64,000 nt of DNA from an uncultured Candidatus Rokubacteria bacterium (lineage in GTDB: Bacteria > Methylomirabilota > Methylomirabilia > Rokubacteriales > DASRDR01): NCBI GenBank assembly GCA_963826115.1, contig CAWGVS010000005.1, positions 1,856,001-1,920,000 of the forward strand, in the 5' to 3' direction. A program made the position numbers and the translations under genes. This document shows positions 58,019 to 64,000 of this stretch, piece after piece (position 1 is the first letter of the stretch; every line of letters begins with the position of its first letter). The notes under the pieces are model-generated. The model made no database searches, was not told where the DNA came from, and was given only the letters and a program-made list of their open reading frames with translations.

Positions 58019-58753
58019 TCACAGGCCCCAGCCTCCGCTGACATGGACGTTCGCGCCGGTGACGTACCCCGAATCGTCGGACAGGAGGAACCGGGCCGCC
58101 GCAACCACGTCGTCCACCTGCCCGAGGTGTCCCGCGGGGATTCGCCGGAGGAGCGCCTCGAGGTCGGGGCGCGGGTATCCCTCCGTCTCGAGAATGCCCG
58201 GAGAGACCGCGTTCACGGTGATGCCGTCGGGCGCCAGGACCGCGGCCAGGGAGCGCACCAGCACGAGCAGCCCCGCCTTCGCGATGAAGTAGGCGGTGAC
58301 GTTCGGCTGGGCGCCCAGGCGATCCGCGGTCGCCAGGCCGAGCCCGAGGATCCGGCCCCAGCGGCGCTCCCGCATCCTCGGCGCCGCGGCCTGCGCGAGG
58401 AAGAGCAGCGGGTCCAGGTTCTGGCGGAAGGCCTCGCGCCACCGCTCGGGCGTCTCCTCGAGGAGCGGGCCGTCGTGGTACGGCCCGGCGCCGTGGACGA
58501 CGGCGTCGACACGGCCCCAGGCGGCCCCCACTCGCTCGACGAGCGCGCGGGCCTCCGACGGCTCGCCGAGGTCGGCCTGGAGCGCGAGGCCCGGCACCCC
58601 TTCGGCCTCGACGGCGGCCCGCGTCGCCTCCCCCGCGCGGGCGTTCGTCTTGAAGGACACGGCCACCGACCAGCCCTGGCGCGCAAGATCGAGCGCGATG
58701 CCCCGGGCGATGCCGCGCGTGGCGCCGGTAACCAGGGCCACCCGACCGGTCAT
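58019..58753 (-). CDS. Short-chain dehydrogenase/reductase
   Basis: VALVTGATRGIA, YFIAK (YxxxK), GITVNAVSPG, YVTG....VSGG. Confidence 0.92.
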   Translation of the reverse strand: MTGRVALVTGATRGIARGIALDLARQGWSVAVSFKTNARAGEATRAAVEAEGVPGLALQADLGEPSEARALVERVGAAWGRVDAVVHGAGPYHDGPLLEETPERWREAFRQNLDPLLFLAQAAAPRMRERRWGRILGLGLATADRLGAQPNVTAYFIAKAGLLVLVRSLAAVLAPDGITVNAVSPGILETEGYPRPDLEALLRRIPAGHLGQVDDVVAAARFLLSDDSGYVTGANVHVSGGWGL

Positions 58754-59234
58754 CAGTTCAGGCGGCCGCGGAGCGTGTGGAGCGCCTTCCGCGCCTCCGG
58801 GTCGGTCGGCGCCGCGCGGACGGCGCCTTCGAACTCGCGGAGCGCTTCCCACCAGCGCCCTCGTCGGAGATGGATTCGGCCGAGGTTCATGTACGGGAAC
58901 TGGCGCGGCTCGTAGCGCTTGGCGAGCTTCGCCTTCTGGAGCCAGGGGATGGCGTCATCCAGCCGGTCTCGCTGCATCAGGTACACGCCGATGTCGTTGT
59001 ATGGATTGCCGAACTCCGGATCGATCTCGATCGCCCTGAGACACTCGGCGGTCGCCTCGTCGAGCTTGCCCTGGAAGCTGTAGGTCCACCCGAGGTAGGT
59101 GTGGGCCTCGGCCGTCGGGCGGATCTCGATCGAGCGCCGGTAGGCCTCGATCGCGCGGTCGAGCTGGCCGGCCATCTGGAGGCGGCAGCCCTCCTGCCAG
59201 AGCCCGGTCGCCTGGCGGAGCGGCTCGTCGTCGG

Positions 59235-59238
<4 letters not shown>
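58753..59238 (-). CDS. Tetratricopeptide-repeat protein
   Basis: AIEAYRRSI...AEAHTYLGW, AIEIDPEFGNPYNDIG, PYMNLGRI. Confidence 0.88.
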
Positions 59239-60199
<961 letters not shown>

Positions 60200-60200
<1 letters not shown>

Positions 60201-61159
60201 CAGGCGCCTCCGTGGAGGTGACAGGCGGCGAGATGGCCCGGCGCGATCTCCCGGAGCGGCGGCATCGCCTCGGCGCAGACCGGAACCCTGACCGGACACC
60301 GCTCGCGGAAGGGGCAGGCCGCCGGCGCGCCGGACAGGGCCGGCATGAGTCCGTCGAGCGCGGGGTTCGCGTCGTCCCGGACATCCGCCCGCACCACCTG
60401 GGCCAGGAGCCCCTGCGTGTAGGGGTGGGCGGCCGCCCGGAACAGCTCCCGGGTCGGCGCGGACTCCACCAGGCAGCCGGCATACATCACGGCAACGCGG
60501 TCGGCGAGGTGGGCCACGACACCCAGGTCGTGCGTGACGAAGAGCGTCGAGGCGCGGTGCTGGGCGTGGAGTTCCTCGAGCAGCCGCAGGATCTGCGCCT
60601 GCGTGGTCACGTCCAGCGCCGTGGTCGGCTCGTCCGCGATGACAAGCGTCGGCTCGCAGGAGAACGCCATCGCGATGAGGACACGCTGCCGCATGCCCCC
60701 CGAGAGCTCGTGCGGGTAGCGCCGGAACACCTCCGCTGGATCGGGGATCCCCATGCTCGCGAGGATCCGCGCCATCTCGGCCCGGGCGGCATCGCGCGAG
60801 AGCCCGCGATGGATCCTGAGCGCGTCGGCGGCCTGGAGGCCCACGCGGAATGCGGGGTTGAGCGCCGAGAGCGGGTCCTGGGGGATCAGGGCGATGCGGT
60901 CGCCCCTCAACCGTCGCATCTCGCCCTCCGACAGCCCGAGGAGGTCGCGCCCCTCGAGGCGGATCGCGCCGGCCTGTACCCGTCCGGGCTCGGGCAGGAG
61001 TCGCACGACGGCGCGGCCGACGGTCGACTTCCCGGCCCCGGATTCGCCGACCAGGCCGAGAACCTCCCCCGCGTCGAGCACGATGTCGACGGACCACGTG
61101 GCCAGTCGCGGCCCGTAGCGCACGGTCAGGCCGCGGATCTCGAGGGTCGGCGTGGTCAT
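60200..61159 (-). CDS. Oligopeptide/dipeptide ABC ATP-binding protein (OppD/DppD-like)
   Basis: GESGAGKST, YPHELSGGMRQR, IADEPTTALDVT, HPYT, CPF..RC. Confidence 0.94.
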
Positions 61160-61169
61160 CCGCAGCGCC

Positions 61170-61994
61170 TCACGCGGACGTCCGGAGGCGGGGGTCGAGC
61201 CGCTCGCGCAGCCCCTCGCCCAGGAGGTTGAAGCCGACCACCGCCACGATGAGCGCGAGCATCGGCACGCCCATGCCCCACCAGCTCACCATCAGGTAGC
61301 CGCGTCCCTCGGCGATCATCGCGCCCCACGACGGCGTGGCCGCCTGGACGCCGAGCCCCACGAACGACAGGAGCGCCTCGACGCCGACCGCGATGGCCAT
61401 CTCGAGCGACACCAGCACGATGATGAGGGGCACGAGATTGGGCAGGAGCTCCTCGACCATCACGCGGAGCGGCGGAAGGCCCACCGCCCGCGCGGCGTCG
61501 ACAAACTCGCGCTCGCGGAGCGCCAGGACCTCGCCGCGGATCACGCGGGCGAAGCGCGTCCAGTCGACGATCACGATCGCCAGGACGACCTTCCAGAGCC
61601 CGAGGCCCAGCACCGCCATGAGGGCGATCGCCAGCAGGACGGCAGGGATCGACATCCACACGTCGACCACGCGCATCAGGATCGTGTCGACCCGGCCACG
61701 GGCGTATCCGGCGACGAGGGCCACCGGGACGCCGGCCAGCGCCGAGATGACGGCGCTGGCCACGGCGACCACGACGGCCACGCGAGCGCCCCACAGGAGG
61801 CGAGAGAGAATGTCGCGGCCAAGGCTGTCGGTGCCCAGCGCGTGGCGCCAGGCGCCGCCGGCCCAGACCGGCGGCTGGCGCACCGAGACCAGGTCCTGTC
61901 GGTTCGGGTCGTGCGGCGCCACGGTGGGGCCCACGATCGCGAGCACGACCAGGAGAAGCGCGATCGCGCCGCCGGCCCAGAGCCTCCCGTTCAC
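61170..61994 (-). CDS. Oligopeptide/dipeptide ABC permease (OppC/DppC-like)
   Basis: LGTDSLGRDILSRL, EAA loop EFVDAARAVG, EALLSFVGLG, PSWGAMI. Confidence 0.94.
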   Translation of the reverse strand: MNGRLWAGGAIALLLVVLAIVGPTVAPHDPNRQDLVSVRQPPVWAGGAWRHALGTDSLGRDILSRLLWGARVAVVVAVASAVISALAGVPVALVAGYARGRVDTILMRVVDVWMSIPAVLLAIALMAVLGLGLWKVVLAIVIVDWTRFARVIRGEVLALREREFVDAARAVGLPPLRVMVEELLPNLVPLIIVLVSLEMAIAVGVEALLSFVGLGVQAATPSWGAMIAEGRGYLMVSWWGMGVPMLALIVAVVGFNLLGEGLRERLDPRLRTSA

Positions 61995-62001
61995 GGCGCG
62001 A

Positions 62002-63011
62002 TCACGTCGCCAGGCGGACTCGCGGATTGAGGAGCGCGTACGCGACGTCGACGGCCAGGTTGGAGAGGATGACCGTGACCGCGTAGACGAGCACGATCCC
62101 CTGGATCAGGGGAAAGTCCCGGTACTGGAACGCCTGGAGGGTGAGCTGCCCGATGCCGGGCCAGGAGAAGATCGTCTCGATCAGCACGGTCCCGCCGATC
62201 AGGAACCCGAACTGGACGCCGATCAGGGTCACCGTCGGGATCAACGCGTTCCGGAGCGCGCGCCAGAGCAGGATCCGGGCCTCGCCGAGGCCCTTCATCC
62301 GCTCGGTGACGACGTACTCCTCGCCGAGGGCGCCGATCAGGTCCGAGCGGACCGTGCGGAACACCGCGGCCAGGAGCGGCAGGGCCAGGGCGGTCGCGGG
62401 GAGGAGCAGGTGGGCGAGGACCGATCCGAGCGCCACCGGGTCGCGACGGAGGAGCACGTCGACCACCGCCGAGCCGGTCACCTCGGCCGCCTCGTACTCG
62501 GGCGCGATCCGCCCCGAGATCGGAAGGAGCTGCAAGATGGCGCCGAAGACGACGATGAGGAGGAGCCCCCAGACGAAGTTCGGCACCGCGATCCCGAGCG
62601 TCCCCAGCGACACCGCGCCCGACTCCAGCCAGCCGCGCCGTCGCCACACCGAGCCGGCCCCGAGCAGGACGCCCCCCCCGTCGCGAGGAAGAGCGCGCTC
62701 ACCGCGAGCTCGAGCGTCGCCGGGAGCCGCTCCAGGATCACCCGGAGCGCGTCCTGCTGCAGCCACAGGGACCGCCCGAAGTTCCCGCGGCAGAGGCTCA
62801 GAAAGAACGCGCCGTACTGCGCCCACCAGGATCCGGTCAGGCCGAACTCCCGGCGGACCCGCTCGATGTCCTGCGCGCTCGATCCCACCGGCGCCATCAG
62901 GATCGCGGGATCGCCGGGCAGGATCCGGAGGAGCACGAACACGAGGACACTGACGCCCCACAGCGAGAGAACCGCCAGGAGGAGCCGGCTCAGCAGGAAG
63001 CGGAGAGACAT
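62002..63011 (-). pseudogene. OppB/DppB-like permease with a frameshift in a G8 run (probably a sequencing error)
   Basis: N-terminal half (LPGDPA...GNFGRS...ERLPATLELA) reads in one frame and C-terminal half (ALRNALIP...GGTVLIETIFSWPGIG) in another; the switch is at the C8 run, 62672-62679. Confidence 0.88.
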
Positions 63012-63133
63012 GACGCGGGCTCGGGTCCAGCACTCGCCACGAGCATGTCAACGATTGGCCGGACTGTAACGCAAGTTCTCCGGGGTCGCAAGGTGGTTGC
63101 GGCCGTCGGGGGCCCCGTCATACCGTGGGACCC

Positions 63134-64000
63134 GTGCTAGACGGCCCTCTGCCCCCGTACACGGTCGTCCCGTTCGTGGCGATGCTCCTCGCGATCGCGG
63201 TCTGCCCCCTTCTGACCCCGCACTGGTGGGAGTCGAACCGGAACAAGCTCGTCCTGGCGTGCGTGCTCGGGCTTCCCGTGGTGGGGCTCTACGTCGTGCG
63301 CCACCCGCACGCGCTCCTGGAGACGGCCGAGGAGTACGTGTCGTTCATGCTGCTGCTCTCCGCCCTGTACGTCATCGCGGGCGGCACGCGTCTCACCGGA
63401 GATCTGGAGGCGACGCCCCTCGTCAACACCGCGTTCCTCGGAGCCGGGAGCCTCCTCGCCTCGTTTCTCGGCACGACCGGAGCCTCCATGGTCCTGATCC
63501 GTCCGGTGCTCCAGACCAACCGCCAGCGCACGCACATGACCCACACCGTGGTCTTCTTCATCTTCCTCGTCTCGAACGTCGGCGGCCTCCTGACCCCGCT
63601 GGGCGACCCACCGCTCTTCCTCGGGTACCTCCGGGGCGTGCCCTTCACCTGGACGTTCCGCCTCCTGCCGCACTGGTTATTCGCCGTGGGCCTGCTACTA
63701 CTCGTCTACTTCATCTGGGACTCGGTGGCGTACGGATGGGAGCCGGCCCGGGCCATCGCCAAGGACGAGGCCGAGCGTCGCCCGCTCCGCCTGCAAGGAA
63801 CGCTGAACTTCGTGTGGCTCGGCGGCGTCGTGCTGGCCGTCGCGTTCCTCCACGCGCCCTGGCGGGAGGCGCTGATCCTCGCCCTCGCCGGGCTCTCGCT
63901 CTGGCAGACGCCGCACGCGGTACACCGCGAAAACGAGTTCTCGGCCGGCCCGATGATCGAGGTCGCCGTCCTGTTCTTCGGGATCTTCCTCACGATGATC
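63134..64000 (+). CDS. Putative Na+/H+ antiporter / citrate-transporter-like membrane protein (IT superfamily), 3' truncated
   Basis: Not in the ORF track; translated by hand from GTG 63134: PFVAMLLAIAVCPL..HWWE, GTTGASMVLIRP, FFIFLVSNVGGLLTPLGDPPLFLGYLRGVPF, EVAVLFFGIFLTMI. Open to the window end. Confidence 0.88.
   Translation, partial: MLDGPLPPYTVVPFVAMLLAIAVCPLLTPHWWESNRNKLVLACVLGLPVVGLYVVRHPHALLETAEEYVSFMLLLSALYVIAGGTRLTGDLEATPLVNTAFLGAGSLLASFLGTTGASMVLIRPVLQTNRQRTHMTHTVVFFIFLVSNVGGLLTPLGDPPLFLGYLRGVPFTWTFRLLPHWLFAVGLLLLVYFIWDSVAYGWEPARAIAKDEAERRPLRLQGTLNFVWLGGVVLAVAFLHAPWREALILALAGLSLWQTPHAVHRENEFSAGPMIEVAVLFFGIFLTMI

Overview
Very GC-rich (about 70% or more by eye) bacterial chromosome segment. 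Gene content and composition are consistent with a Candidatus Rokubacteria/Methylomirabilota-like soil bacterium, but this is an inference. About 35 kb is housekeeping on the minus strand: rplM-rpsI-argJ-rpsB-tsf-pyrH-frr-uppS-cdsA-dxr-rseP-ferredoxin-proS-rimP-nusA-ylxR-infB-DUF503-rbfA-DHH-truB-ribF-rpsO-pnp-M16 peptidase-purB-purS-purQ-purL-purF-purM, with recognisable rimP, S2 and L13 leaders and a candidate new S15 leader. This block converges on a hybrid histidine kinase and a receiver-domain class III cyclase with non-canonical active-site residues. At about 39.7-52.3 kb lies a putative organic-acid uptake/catabolism cluster: PaaK-like ligase, VOC protein, MmgE/PrpD protein, ADP-forming acyl-CoA synthetase, a NitT/TauT ABC system, two lipoproteins, and a nitrilase-fold protein whose catalytic Cys is replaced by Ala. 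The ABC operon is split by a 2.4 kb integrase-less islet. The islet is flanked by a duplication of the binding-protein 3' end and carries two copies of a spacing-conserved att-arm-like motif, a decayed permease copy, an XRE regulator with a ParB/Srx-like ORF, and a secreted protein. The remainder holds trxA, a DadA-like oxidase, a GT-C glycosyltransferase, an AlkB-family gene, an enoyl-CoA hydratase, an SDR, a TPR protein, an Opp/Dpp-type ABC operon (first permease frameshifted in a homopolymer) and a truncated antiporter. No tRNA, rRNA, CRISPR array, transposase or integrase was seen. All calls come from reading motifs by eye; no database search was run.
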